Shown piece after piece: positions 43,981 through 54,510 of a DNA stretch of 64,000 nt (position 1 is its first letter; each line of letters opens with the position of its first letter). Source of the stretch: Nitrosopumilaceae archaeon (GTDB lineage Archaea; Thermoproteota; Nitrososphaeria; Nitrososphaerales; Nitrosopumilaceae). The DNA lies in the NCBI GenBank assembly GCA_965214835.1, contig CBDCCK010000002.1, positions 2,368,001 through 2,432,000 of the forward strand. The letters run 5' to 3'. Position numbers and translations under genes: made by a program. The notes under the pieces are model-generated. The model saw nothing but the letters and a program-made list of their open reading frames with translations. It was not told the DNA's origin and ran no database searches.

Positions 43981-44108
43981 CCTCCACCGGGCTCCGTAAG
44001 GTAGTAGTGAAGCTCGGCATAGCACTCTGCACAGTACTCCCGTTCATCGGTATGCTCGCAGTCATACACCTTCCTGACATCCCTGAGGCATTTCTTGCAG
44101 ACCGGCAT
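43977..44108 (-). CDS. Small zinc-finger-like protein (43 aa, below the ORF-track cutoff)
   Basis: MPVCKKCLRDVRKVYDCEHTDEREYCAECYAELHYYLTEPGGG*; stop overlaps the DedA start. Confidence 0.75.
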   Translation of the reverse strand: MPVCKKCLRDVRKVYDCEHTDEREYCAECYAELHYYLTEPGGG

Positions 44109-44120
44109 TTGCTCTCACAG

Positions 44121-44510
44121 TCAGGATTTTGCTATTTTGATGCCGCCCAGGGCAAGCTGGATTGCCGCAGGTGCAAACAGCATTGCAGTGGACGCTGCCG
44201 GATCCCTTTCGGGGGCATCGACTGCAGGCGCGGGACTTGCCAGTACGACCATCCCCCCTATGATGATCAGGATGCCCGAGATTACAATTAGGACTCCCAG
44301 TCCCCTTGAGGGCTCTTTACGTGAAATGAAGAATGCGATAATCGGCAGGATCAGCGCCGGGCCCCCCAGTCCCATGCCCCTTTGCATGTGATCAAGCGGC
44401 AGGAACCCGTGATCGCCGCCTGAGGACATTGCAGTTGCCACGTCGGCAGCATAGATCAGCAGCAGTCCTATCGCAATGCCGGTGATGATCAGGGAGGCAG
44501 TCAGGGCCAT
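44121..44510 (-). CDS. Hypothetical membrane protein (4 TM)
   Basis: Hydrophobic helices; LLIYAAD, GFLP motifs. Confidence 0.75.
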   Translation of the reverse strand: MALTASLIITGIAIGLLLIYAADVATAMSSGGDHGFLPLDHMQRGMGLGGPALILPIIAFFISRKEPSRGLGVLIVISGILIIIGGMVVLASPAPAVDAPERDPAASTAMLFAPAAIQLALGGIKIAKS

Positions 44511-44610
44511 GTTTCGGGTCACAGGAGGCCGTTAATAAATTTGATGAGGACGATCGAGGGCCCGGCACCTGACCGATAAGTTTGAATGAGCAGGCAGGCA
44601 GAATCCATCC

Positions 44611-45282
44611 ATGCATGCCGTGGTTCTGGCAGGTGGGTTCGGGAAAAGGCTCAAGCCGATCACAGACTATGTCCCAAAGCCGCTGGTTCCGATTGACAAC
44701 GTCCCAATCATAGAGTGGCAGGTAAGATACCTAAAGGGGTTCGGCGTAAAGGACGTCACAGTTTGCACGGGATACAAGACAGATCAGATTGAAAAATTCC
44801 TCAAATCCAAGTCCGACTTTGGCATAAGGATCAGTGTATCCGTGGAGAAGACGCCGCTGGGGACGGGGGGCGCCATAAGGCGTGCGCGCGATTACATCAA
44901 GGGGAGGAGCTTTCTCGTGCTAAACGGGGACACCATAACGGACATCAGCCTAAAGGCGATGCAAAAGAAGGTCAATACGGTGGCAGGCATAGAGCTGAGA
45001 ACGCAGTTTGGCACGCTGGGCATATCGGGCAGCAGAGTCACGGCGTTTGAGGAGAAAAAGCCAGTAAGCGGCGTCTGGATGAACGCGGGGATTTACCACC
45101 TGTCTGCAGACGTGCTTGGGCAGCTCCCAAGAAGGGGCGACATTGAAAAGACGACGCTTCCCGAGATGTCGAGGCAGGGGAGGCTGTCCGTTACAAAGTT
45201 TTATGATGCAATGTGGCACTCGATTGACTCCCACAAGGACATAGAGGAGTGCTCAAGGGTCGTAGGCTCCATCATAAAATAG
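44611..45282 (+). CDS. Sugar-phosphate nucleotidyltransferase
   Basis: LAGGFGKRL, PKPL, LGTGG, NGD. Confidence 0.93.
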   Translation: MHAVVLAGGFGKRLKPITDYVPKPLVPIDNVPIIEWQVRYLKGFGVKDVTVCTGYKTDQIEKFLKSKSDFGIRISVSVEKTPLGTGGAIRRARDYIKGRSFLVLNGDTITDISLKAMQKKVNTVAGIELRTQFGTLGISGSRVTAFEEKKPVSGVWMNAGIYHLSADVLGQLPRRGDIEKTTLPEMSRQGRLSVTKFYDAMWHSIDSHKDIEECSRVVGSIIK

Positions 45283-45750
45283 GATCGGGCGCCGGTGGAC
45301 GGAGTGTCCGGGGTCATGTCACCCTTGCCGGACATGCGCAAGAACCACAACCGCATGCAGGCCTGTGCACATGGCGCGTACAGCTGAAAGTGGATCTTTT
45401 TTTACCGGTGTATGATGTGTCGATCATGATCCGTTTTTTGGCGTGCGCGCCAGCTGCTTGGGGGCGTTGCCCCGTATGACGGAATCATCGATCCGTTCGG
45501 CAGCCACCACGCGGAGTCCACAATAAAATGGGATCAGGCACCCGCGCGGTGCAGGGTAACCATCATGTATGCCATCTCGCTGACAAAGGCGTCGTCGCAG
45601 GTACTTGAGGCATATTGGTTAGCTCGTTTCCAGAAACCGGCATCCTGCCCGGATTCCGTCTTGACTGCGGCCATGGATGTTACTTGCAGAATCGAGGATA
45701 ACACCGAGCCTCAACGATTTTTAACAAAGTGCTAAAAGTGTGGGTGTGGG

Positions 45751-46560
45751 CTAGATCCGTCTCTTGATCCAGTCGGCCACAATCTTCTTTGCCAGCTCGT
45801 CAGATTCCATGCCCTTGCGCTCTGACTGCTTTTCTAAAAAGCCGGACTGGCGCTTGGATAAGACGATCGGTATCTTTTGCCTTGTCTTGAGCTTTTTTGC
45901 CCTTCTCAGGATTGCGTCATGCCTCATTTTTGGGTTTGCGGCAAGAATCTTGATGTACTGCCTTCGTATCGGAGGGTCGTACCTTCCAATCCTGTTTGCC
46001 ACCAGGACGGCCTTTTTGGTGTTGGGCATTGCGACGTGAAGCCTGGTCGCCTCGTCCCTAGATATTGTCTTTGGAACCAACTCCTTGAGTCTTTCTGGCA
46101 CTCCGGCAAACCCGTGGAGTTTTTTAAACGTCGGCAGGGACATTCCGAGGGTCTTGGCGGCCTTGGACTGGGATTTTAGCTGCTCGGCCAAAAAGACGCA
46201 GGAGCTGGCCAGCTCCCGCTGGCTCATGTTCTTTCTGTGGATGTTCTCGATCACCGATGCGGCCTTTGCATCCTCCAGATCGTACTGCGTTTTCTTTGTG
46301 ATCACCAAGACCGGGACCTTTTTTGCGCGTAGGCGCTTGAGTGCGGCAAGTCTCCTCTGGCCTGCCATCAGCATGTATTGCTTGCCCTCCTTTTGAACAA
46401 GGGGGGGGTTTTGGAGCCCTTCTGCCCTGATCGACTTTGCCAGCTCGGCAATGCCCTCTCGGTCCAGCCTTCGTGCCTGGGCATCCTTCCAGATTTTGAT
46501 CTGTTTTACTGGGATCTCTCTGAGCTTGTAGTCTATTCTGGACTTGAATCTTTTTGCCAA
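45751..46560 (-). CDS. ParB/RepB/Spo0J family protein
   Basis: LAKSI..EGLQNP, AGQRRL, ENIHR, HTH. Confidence 0.88.
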   Translation of the reverse strand: MAKRFKSRIDYKLREIPVKQIKIWKDAQARRLDREGIAELAKSIRAEGLQNPPLVQKEGKQYMLMAGQRRLAALKRLRAKKVPVLVITKKTQYDLEDAKAASVIENIHRKNMSQRELASSCVFLAEQLKSQSKAAKTLGMSLPTFKKLHGFAGVPERLKELVPKTISRDEATRLHVAMPNTKKAVLVANRIGRYDPPIRRQYIKILAANPKMRHDAILRRAKKLKTRQKIPIVLSKRQSGFLEKQSERKGMESDELAKKIVADWIKRRI

Positions 46561-46681
46561 GTGTATTGTATGAAGCTTTAATTCTGTTAAACCATGGTGG
46601 TTTGTTTTGTTTAACTAGTGGATATGATATTTTTGCAGGATTTTTGACAAAAGATAAAGTATAGATCGGTTTTAGATCAGC

Positions 46682-47650
46682 ATGAGGCTGTCATTTAGCC
46701 TGGGATCGCTGCTCAGCATACAGGACATCCGGGATTGTCTTAAATACCTGTCAAAAAGCGAGCCTGATGCGATCTGGATTCCAGAAACCTGGGGGATGGA
46801 GGGCTTTTCTATGCTGTCAGCAGTAGCTGCAAGGACGGAATCGGCAAAGATCGGCTCGTCTATCATCAACATATACTCTAGGAGCCCGTCGCTGATCGGG
46901 ATGGGTGCAGTAACGGTTGATACGCTGTCTGGGGGCAGGCTGATTCTGGGGCTGGGCACAAGCAGCCTGCCCATCGTCGAGGACTTTCACGGGAGCCCGT
47001 TTGAGAGGCCGCTGTCCAGGATGAGGGAATACGTGGAAATCCTCCGGCTGGTCACGTCTGGCAAGACGGTCGACTTTGAGGGCCAGTTTTTCAAGCTGAG
47101 GAACTTTGCACTGCTGATCAAGCCGTACAGGGACAAAATCCCGGTCTACCTTGCAGCGGTAAACCGTGGAATGGTGGGACTGGCCCGGGAGCTGGCAGAC
47201 GGGGTGATTTTTTACCTGCGGCCAAAGTCAGAAATGAGGCAGACCATCCGGGCAATGCAGGCAGGCAGGAAGATCGACGTTACCTGCCAGATAATCACGT
47301 CGGTGTCCGAAGACCCGGAGAGCGCCATCGAGCGTGCAAAAAGGACGCTGTCGTTTTATGTGGCAGTCGGAAAGGTTTATCGGGATTTTTTGGCAAGAAA
47401 CGGGTACCTGGAGGAGACCGAGTCGGTGCTAGAGGAGTACAAAAAATCAGGCCTGCAGAACACACACAACTATATCACCGAAAAGATGCTGCGGGACTTG
47501 ACAATCTGCGGGACCCCAGAGGAGTCAAGAAGGCAGCTAGATGAGTTCAGGGCGACGGGCATAGACCTGCCCATCATACAGTTCAACCCGGCAGGGGATG
47601 CAAGGGACTCCTTTGGACTGCTGCAAAAGACGTTTTCTGATGCGCAATGA
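46682..47650 (+). CDS. LLM-class (probably F420-dependent) oxidoreductase
   Basis: WIPE, SGGRLILGLG, ADG. Confidence 0.92.
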   Translation: MRLSFSLGSLLSIQDIRDCLKYLSKSEPDAIWIPETWGMEGFSMLSAVAARTESAKIGSSIINIYSRSPSLIGMGAVTVDTLSGGRLILGLGTSSLPIVEDFHGSPFERPLSRMREYVEILRLVTSGKTVDFEGQFFKLRNFALLIKPYRDKIPVYLAAVNRGMVGLARELADGVIFYLRPKSEMRQTIRAMQAGRKIDVTCQIITSVSEDPESAIERAKRTLSFYVAVGKVYRDFLARNGYLEETESVLEEYKKSGLQNTHNYITEKMLRDLTICGTPEESRRQLDEFRATGIDLPIIQFNPAGDARDSFGLLQKTFSDAQ

Positions 47651-48756
47651 GCAAGGTGGGAGTATCTGCATTTGGAGGCACGAGCTTTACAACGGAGGGC
47701 CGGCCGATAGGCGAGATCATGTTTGATGCGGCAAGGTCGCTACTTCAAAGCAATGACAACATAGACAGAAAGGACATCGACACGGTACTGGTATCTACCA
47801 ACGACAACACAAAGTATCTTGGCGCAATAGTCTCCGAGTCCGTCGGCATACGGCCAAGAATCAGCCACAGCGTTGAGAGCATGTGCAGCTCGGGGGCAAA
47901 TGCCATAGTCTCTGCATACTCTTACATCGCATCGGGGCTGGGCAGTGCCGCGCTGGTCGTGGGGGCAGACAGGTTTGACGGGCCCGGACAGATCCTGGAA
48001 TGGGACGAGTCGCGAGGGGAGTTTAGGCATCCGATATTTTGGGCGTCCCTGTTTTCAAAGTCATACAAGAGCCGCCTTGGCGCAGACCCGGAGGATCTGG
48101 CGTCAATACCTGCAAAGAACCACCGCAACGCGCAGGATAACCCAAATGCCATCTCGAGGAAGGCATACAGCATAGAGGAGGTGCTTGGCTCAAGGAAACT
48201 GACGGAGGATCTGAGGCTACTAGAGTGCTCTAGGCCGTCGACGGGGGGATCTGCAGTCCTGCTGACGTCTGAGGTGCTCACAGCGGAGATTACCGACGAA
48301 CCGGTTTGGATTTCAGGCATAGGCCAGAGGACGACATCTGCTGGATTTACGAGAACCGAGGATCTTGCCGGGATGCGCTCGACGCAGGATGCTGCCAGGC
48401 AGGCGTTTGACATGGCAGGGATCGGGCCCGGATGCGTAGATGTCGCAGAGGTCCATGACGCGTTTGCGGTATGCGAGGCCCTGGCAGTCGAGGATACGGG
48501 CATGGCCAAAAAGGGACTCGGCGCGAGGTTCTCAAGGGAGCTGTTTGAGACAGGGAGCAGGATGGTCAATCCAAGGGGCGGGCTGATAGGCTCCGGACAC
48601 CCCCCGGGGGCCACAGGAGTCGCCCAGACAGCTGAGATCGTGCAGCAGCTGCAGGGCAAGGCAGAGAGGAGGCAGGCAGACTCCCCGCAAGTGGGGCTGG
48701 TACACAACATGTCTGCAGCTGCCACCTCGTCTACGGTTCTGGTGATGACCAGATGA
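47647..48756 (+). CDS. Thiolase family protein (acetyl-CoA C-acyltransferase-like)
   Basis: ESMCSSG, EVHDAF, GHPPGATG. Confidence 0.92.
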   Translation: MSKVGVSAFGGTSFTTEGRPIGEIMFDAARSLLQSNDNIDRKDIDTVLVSTNDNTKYLGAIVSESVGIRPRISHSVESMCSSGANAIVSAYSYIASGLGSAALVVGADRFDGPGQILEWDESRGEFRHPIFWASLFSKSYKSRLGADPEDLASIPAKNHRNAQDNPNAISRKAYSIEEVLGSRKLTEDLRLLECSRPSTGGSAVLLTSEVLTAEITDEPVWISGIGQRTTSAGFTRTEDLAGMRSTQDAARQAFDMAGIGPGCVDVAEVHDAFAVCEALAVEDTGMAKKGLGARFSRELFETGSRMVNPRGGLIGSGHPPGATGVAQTAEIVQQLQGKAERRQADSPQVGLVHNMSAAATSSTVLVMTR

Positions 48757-49046
48757 GTCCGTTGAGGATCTCAAAGTGCACAGAATGCAGCACGACGGCG
48801 TGGCCTGTTCGGCCCCACTGCAGCAGATGTCTTGGGCAGATGCGGGAGGCAGATGCCTCCGATGAGGGCAGGATCATCGAATGCTCCCAAAAGGACGGGA
48901 GTTACTTTTGCATGGCAGAGTTTGACGGTGTCAGGCTATTGTGCAGGCTGGACTCCAAATCCCCCCCAAGGGCTGGCCAAAAGGCCAGGTTTCTGGGCCA
49001 TGAAAAAGCCGGACAGGCGCATAGCTTTATCATTGAGCCAGTCTAG
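48753..49046 (+). CDS. DUF35-type Zn-ribbon/OB-fold thiolase partner
   Basis: CTEC...CSRC; ATGA overlap with the thiolase. Confidence 0.85.
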   Translation: MSPLRISKCTECSTTAWPVRPHCSRCLGQMREADASDEGRIIECSQKDGSYFCMAEFDGVRLLCRLDSKSPPRAGQKARFLGHEKAGQAHSFIIEPV

Positions 49047-49137
49047 GTTATTGCGGTATAACCAGCTATACTAAATGTGGGGATTTTTTTACAAGAACAT
49101 GGTTAAGGGATCCTTTGGAACGGTCACCGTGGAGAAA

Positions 49138-49647
49138 ATGGGGGCAAAATCAACGCAGAACAAAAAAATCGCAAGAACAAGGCGCCAGAGGGGGTATGCG
49201 TGGGAGGATACGCTGGTCAAGCGGTTTAACGGGACGGAGGCCTGGCAGGGATTTCGTCTGGGCTCGCCTAGCGTGGCGCTGCCGGACATTCTGGCGATCA
49301 GCAACAAAAAGAGCATAATTTACACGATTGAGGCAAAATCCGGAACCGGCACCACGCTGCAGGTGCCCCTTGATCAAATTGTGAGATGCCTCAAATGGGC
49401 CAACACGTTTAAGGTATACAAGACAAGAAGGGTGGTTCTGGCGTTCAAGTTTTTGTCCAAAAAGAGGATAGGGGTGGGCAAGTACGAGAATCGGCAACTG
49501 CGGGAGTTTTTCAAGATGTGGAGTGCAAAAGCCAAGCCGGTTGATTGCGTGTGCACGTATGATGGGGAGACGTATGCGATCAGAGACGGCATGCGTGAAA
49601 AGCTCACACTGAAAGAGTATCAGATGCCCTTCCAAAGACAGCACTAG
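49138..49647 (+). CDS. hjc: Archaeal Holliday junction resolvase-like PD-(D/E)xK nuclease
   Basis: RG..WE, LPDILA, IEAKS; start uncertain (49075-49138). Confidence 0.8.
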   Translation: MGAKSTQNKKIARTRRQRGYAWEDTLVKRFNGTEAWQGFRLGSPSVALPDILAISNKKSIIYTIEAKSGTGTTLQVPLDQIVRCLKWANTFKVYKTRRVVLAFKFLSKKRIGVGKYENRQLREFFKMWSAKAKPVDCVCTYDGETYAIRDGMREKLTLKEYQMPFQRQH

Positions 49648-50259
49648 GATTTCTAGCTTGTTGCATGGCCGGTAGACAGAAATGGTAGCAGTTCGGGTTC
49701 TGAAGGCCGTTCCTGATTTCGGGCACGAGCATGCGGCCATATCTTCATAGTACACACGGACATGTGCGGATCTGCAGGCAGCTTTGCTTGAGCTGTTTCG
49801 AGTTTGAAGCCGTCTTGTGGGGAACTTTTGGGAAAACTGTGATTGCAGAAAAAAATTTAAGCATGCAGGTCATTTTCATGTATGGCAAAAAACATGATCA
49901 AAACAATTCCCATCTCTAAGCTTTTAATCAACCCCAAGAACCCTCGTTTTAGTCCCGTATCAAACCAGGATGAAGCAGTTCAATTAATGCTTGATCGAGA
50001 GGGTTTGGGAATAAAAAACCTGGCAAAAGACATAGCACATCATGGAATTAACCCAACAAAGATTCCTGCGGTTCTATCTAAAAACGGAAAATTTCTCACA
50101 CTTGAAGGAAACAGACGTATGCTCGTGTTAAAACTTCTAGACGATCCAAAAAAGACAAACGACCAAGCAATGAGGGAGTTCTTTTACAACCTGAAAGCAA
50201 AAAATCCCGGGCACATTGTTGATAAGATACCGTGTAGGGTTTTTGAGGATGAGGACGAC

Positions 50260-51931
50260 GTAATAGGTTAGCCCCTGCCTAGAGTTAAAGTCACACCCAC
50301 CGTCTTTTCAGGCATGAAAATCACAACTGCAGGCAGATTAGTGCAGGATTGCTAGGGGCAGACGACCACGTACCCGGGGTTTCTGACCAGCGCGTCCCTG
50401 ATCATGTCCGTAACGTTGCACCCCCGGAGGCGCCATGTCTCGATGCACGTCAACATGTTACCGAACATCTTCTGTCCGTCTTTTGTCCGCAGTCCGAACC
50501 GTATCTTGCGCGCGATCACGCCGGGCCTCAGCGTGCGCTCTGCCAGGTTGTTGGTGGGATCCATCCCAGGACGCGTCGTAAACGTGTAGAGGAACTCCGA
50601 GGCGTTGTCAATCTTTGTGGCACAGCTGTCACATCCTTCCTTCCTGTATATGGCGGCAATCTCGCGTGTTTCTGCCACCCGACTGTCGTGCTGCCTGGCA
50701 GCCTCCTCCGGCGGCCCCGGCCCCTTGGCGCAATGCATCTGCCACTTGAGGCGCTCGCCTGCGGCGCGAACCTCCGGGGAGTCCGTTTTCTCGCTTTGGG
50801 CATCTGCCTCCCGGATTATGTGGGCCCAGCACCGCTGCCTGTTCCTGCCAAAGAACTTGTCGTATCCGGGGTATCCGTCAGTCACCCCGACTCTGGGCAC
50901 GTATGAAAAGTGCTCATCCAGTACGGATGCCCTCCTGCTGTCAGTTGCCACCATGTGCGCACCGACTGCCCTGCCGTCCTTGACTCCCACTGCCACCCAC
51001 ATGTAGCCGCTCTTGCCGTCGTATGGCATCCCCGTCTCGTCCATGTGGACGTGGTCGCATCCTGCAATGTCTTTTTTGATGTCCTCCACGCACGGATCAA
51101 GCTTCTTTGCAACGGCCTTGAGGCAGTTCTGTATCATCGCCTTGCTTACATCAATTTCAAAGATCTCCTTTACGATGCGCCTGATCGAGTCGACGGATGC
51201 CGGCATGGTGTACAGGGTGCCGATATAGGAGGCAATGTTGGGTCCAAACTCGGTGCCCGGAACGACCAGCCCGCCCCCGTTTGTCGTGGTGATGGCGCCG
51301 CACTTGCGGCACTTGCGGCGGGTAAAGTAGTGCTGTGTCGTGACCGGCTCTGGGATCTCTGGAATGTCAGTAGCCATCCTAGTTCCGGCGGGAACCGGAT
51401 CTGTCAGGTCGCGCCCGTTGCACGCGCCGCACATGTCAGGCACGTGGTTCATTTCCCGGGTCGGTGTTCTCCTGTGTGATATGCCCTCGTGTCCGGGCCT
51501 GCGGCCCGGCCTTGTAGGTGCCCTTCCAGATGCCCCTGCCGCGGCTGCTGCCTTTTTCTGCCTGGTCGGAATCGAGTTCTGCGAGGAGGGGCTGTGCGGG
51601 TTCTCATAATATGTGATGCGTTGTTTGAACTGCTTGATTTGTGCTGTCTGCGTCGCGATTTGCGCGGCAGAGACGGCATTGTCAGATTTGCGTCCCGCCT
51701 TCTCAGCGGCAAGCTCCTCCCGTGTCCTCTGATGTTCCTTCTGCTCCTTCTGAAGCTTGCCTTGCGTCCTCTGATGTTCCTTCTGCTCCTTCTGAAGTTC
51801 CGCTTTTTCGCGGGCAAGCTCATTGCATAGTTCCTTGAATTCCGAGGCTGTAGGCATGTATTTCCCGGGTAATGATAGTTTATAGATCAGGTGGTCAGAA
51901 AAAATCAACTAGGCAGGGGCTAACCTATTAC
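50260..51931 (-). mobile_element. IS66 type A, copy 4
   Basis: Perfect TIR; 8-bp TSD AGGACGAC. Confidence 0.95.
50352..51908 (-). CDS. IS66-family transposase (intact)
   Basis: Near-identical to 5896-7536 with two fewer 14-aa repeats. Confidence 0.93.
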   Translation of the reverse strand: MIFSDHLIYKLSLPGKYMPTASEFKELCNELAREKAELQKEQKEHQRTQGKLQKEQKEHQRTREELAAEKAGRKSDNAVSAAQIATQTAQIKQFKQRITYYENPHSPSSQNSIPTRQKKAAAAAGASGRAPTRPGRRPGHEGISHRRTPTREMNHVPDMCGACNGRDLTDPVPAGTRMATDIPEIPEPVTTQHYFTRRKCRKCGAITTTNGGGLVVPGTEFGPNIASYIGTLYTMPASVDSIRRIVKEIFEIDVSKAMIQNCLKAVAKKLDPCVEDIKKDIAGCDHVHMDETGMPYDGKSGYMWVAVGVKDGRAVGAHMVATDSRRASVLDEHFSYVPRVGVTDGYPGYDKFFGRNRQRCWAHIIREADAQSEKTDSPEVRAAGERLKWQMHCAKGPGPPEEAARQHDSRVAETREIAAIYRKEGCDSCATKIDNASEFLYTFTTRPGMDPTNNLAERTLRPGVIARKIRFGLRTKDGQKMFGNMLTCIETWRLRGCNVTDMIRDALVRNPGYVVVCP

Positions 51932-52860
51932 AGGACGACGCATATCACTGGATAGAGTTAGAACACACAGGACAGAACAAGGGAGTCGGGGTAAAGCCGT
52001 GGAGTCCAGAGCAAAAAGACAGGTTTTTGAGAAAGTCATCAAAAAAAATCCAGGTTTTTGAATTTGCCGATTCTCACGGTATTGACAGGGCCAACGTGGA
52101 TCCAAGCAGCCTCGATCGACTGATAAACGATCCGCATGTCAACAACACAATAGGAGTATCGTTTCCAGATGGCAAATTAGAGCTTAAAAAACCCACTCAA
52201 GCGGTTATAAGAAACCTGTCCAAGACGTTGGCCAAAATGTCAAAAAGTGAATTCAGGGTGGGTGACATATACACCAAGGATAGCAGGGCAAAGTGGATTG
52301 ATGACATCATAAAAACCCAAGGTGCAAAAAAAAATCCCACAGAAAAACTGGGTGCCGATGGCGGACAAAAAGGAAAGAAAGCCTTGCCAAAATCCACCAA
52401 CAGAAAGCGACTCATTCCGGACGGCCTTGCCTTGGTAATTAAACAGGCGAAAATCAACAATATTTTCAGGGAACTCAGGGATGATCTGGTATTGGATGGG
52501 AGAAAGGCAACACCTAACGCCGTTGCCGTATTATTCAGGGTGTTTCTGGAATCTAGCCTGCACCACTATCTTGACAGAAACGGCATACCGTCTGCCAAAA
52601 CCACAACGATAACCCAAATGATTGCAAAAGTAACGCAGCACATGAAAGAAAACGGCATAGCCAATGAAAACCAGCTCAAGGCAATCAGAATAACATCCAG
52701 CAAGACCAGCGATATTCTTCACGTAGACAGACTACACGAGTACGTGCATGACGAGCGCATTATGCCAGATTCGGACGGCTTGAAGTCAAGATGGGACAAC
52801 CTGCAGGAATTCTTTGAAATACTGTGGAATGCCCTTGGCAAAAAGAACGGGTAAATCGAC

Positions 52861-53718
52861 GTGATAAACTCCCCTCTCAGATATCCCGGAGGAAAAGGCA
52901 AGCTGGCAAGATTCATCGCAACGCTGTGCGAAAAGAACAATGCAGGTGGTCATTATGTGGAGCCATATGCAGGGGGCGCAGGTGTTGCACTATACCTGCT
53001 GTTCAACGAGTATGTGGGGAAGGCAACCATAAACGACATTGACAGATCCATCTATGCATTCTGGCATTCCATACTCAACAACACCGAAAAGTTCTGCGAT
53101 CGAATCGAGAGAACCGAGATAACCATGGAAAACTGGGATCGGTTCAGAAAAATCCAGGACAACAAGGAAAAATGCCCACTCTTCGATCTTGGATTCTCGA
53201 CGTTTTTCCTCAACAGGACCAACCGCTCTGGCATAATCGACGGCGGAATGATCGGCGGAAGGGCGCAAAAGGGGGAGTATCGCATGGACTGCCGCTTCAA
53301 CAAGGAGGAGTTGATTTGGAGGATAAGACGAATCGCAGGGTACCGTGGCAGGATCCGTCTTTACAACATCGATGCCATGGATCTGGTTCAAAAAATCAAG
53401 CACGAGCAGATCACAGAAGACACGATTTTTTACTTTGATCCGCCATATTATACAAAGGGGCCATCCCTGTACATGAATCACTACCAAAAAGACGACCACA
53501 AAAGGGTTGCAAAGGAGATAGGGAGGATCAAACGGTCCAGATGGATAGTCTCATACGACGACGTCCCGGAGATAAGAGATCTATACCGTGGCTATGATAG
53601 AAAAAAATACCCGCTGGTTCATACTGCATACAACAGACGCAGCTCCGGGGAGGTGCTTTTTTTCAGCCATGGCCTGAAAAACACAAAAGCCGCACCGGTA
53701 TGCGGCAGGCAGTCCTAG
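52861..53718 (+). CDS. DNA adenine methyltransferase, Dam/D12 class
   Basis: SPLRYPGGK, EPYAGG, DPPY. Confidence 0.95.
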   Translation: MINSPLRYPGGKGKLARFIATLCEKNNAGGHYVEPYAGGAGVALYLLFNEYVGKATINDIDRSIYAFWHSILNNTEKFCDRIERTEITMENWDRFRKIQDNKEKCPLFDLGFSTFFLNRTNRSGIIDGGMIGGRAQKGEYRMDCRFNKEELIWRIRRIAGYRGRIRLYNIDAMDLVQKIKHEQITEDTIFYFDPPYYTKGPSLYMNHYQKDDHKRVAKEIGRIKRSRWIVSYDDVPEIRDLYRGYDRKKYPLVHTAYNRRSSGEVLFFSHGLKNTKAAPVCGRQS

Positions 53719-53914
53719 CACACACCGGTGATCGGGTCTCCCCAGTGCATCCGGTCCCACGCCTGTCATGCGTTTGTTGCGCGGGTCGGCAACAGACCTT
53801 GCGTATAATCTGCATAGATCAAAAAAATCAGGCAGCTTTTACGCGGTTTTTGGCAAATACGCACAAGGCCTACATATGGTTAGCCCGCATGTTAGATGCA
53901 TGCATTGGCCAAGC

Positions 53915-54024
53915 CAGCTAAGTGAAACGTAAGCGAGATTTGCTGTTTTGCCTTGCTGCTGAGGAGTTGCGCCTCATGCCAGTTTTTGTTTTTGCGCGAT
54001 TTCAGGGTACTTTTCACTTAGCTG
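53915..54024. mobile_element. MITE family M5 (ISH3-type ends, 110 bp)
   Basis: TIR CAGCTAAGTGAAA; 5-bp TSD CAAGC. Confidence 0.9.
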
Positions 54025-54029
54025 CAAGC

Positions 54030-54222
54030 TTGCCGGAATGCGTTCTACAGGAGGCGTCTTTCCGTTTGTCATCTTTACGGCCTCTAGGCATACCTTGTAG
54101 AAATCCTTGCCCAATGCGACGATCTTCCTGCCCACAATCGCAATCCACTTTTCCATGCATGGCTCGATGTCCTTCAGACTCAGAGACTCTAAAAACCCAC
54201 ATTCCACACTTGGCATTACCAC
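54030..54222 (-). pseudogene. DUF5678-like small protein, 3' end hit by a MITE
   Basis: KWIAIVGRKIVA.GKD...EA motif. Confidence 0.55.
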
Positions 54223-54354
54223 CGGTTCTCACTGCATGCAGCATGCAAGTCTGCTATTAAAGACAGTATGGCTGCGGTAAGAGTTTTGCACCCCCAGGCG
54301 GGCATTACCTATCCCGGAGGCACGGCCATAAGGATCCATGCCATATCTTCTGAC

Positions 54355-54466
54355 CAGCCAAGTGAAATGTGCCAAAAAACCGAGTAAAAGCAAAAACCGG
54401 ACAAGAGGTGCAACACCTCGATAGCAAGACAAAAACAACAAATCTCACTTACATTTCACTTGCCTG
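54355..54466. mobile_element. MITE family M5, inverted copy
   Basis: CAGCCAAGTGAAATGT...ACATTTCACTTGCCTG. Confidence 0.8.
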
Positions 54467-54510
54467 AGGATTTCCAATCATTTTTTAATGAACGGCTACC
54501 AGAATAATGC

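Larger units (their letters stand above)
49882..52854 (+). pseudogene. ParB/Srx-like N-terminal domain + helical HEPN-like C-terminal domain, split by IS66
   Basis: NPKNPRF, EGNRR; rejoins in frame EDEDD|AYHWIELEH, 430 aa; C-terminal AVLFRVFLE and RLHEYVH. Confidence 0.8.

Noticed and set aside
46682-49046. LLM-thiolase-DUF35 operon as a novel pathway
   Set aside because: Thiolase/DUF35 pairing is standard in archaea; nothing unusual is visible.
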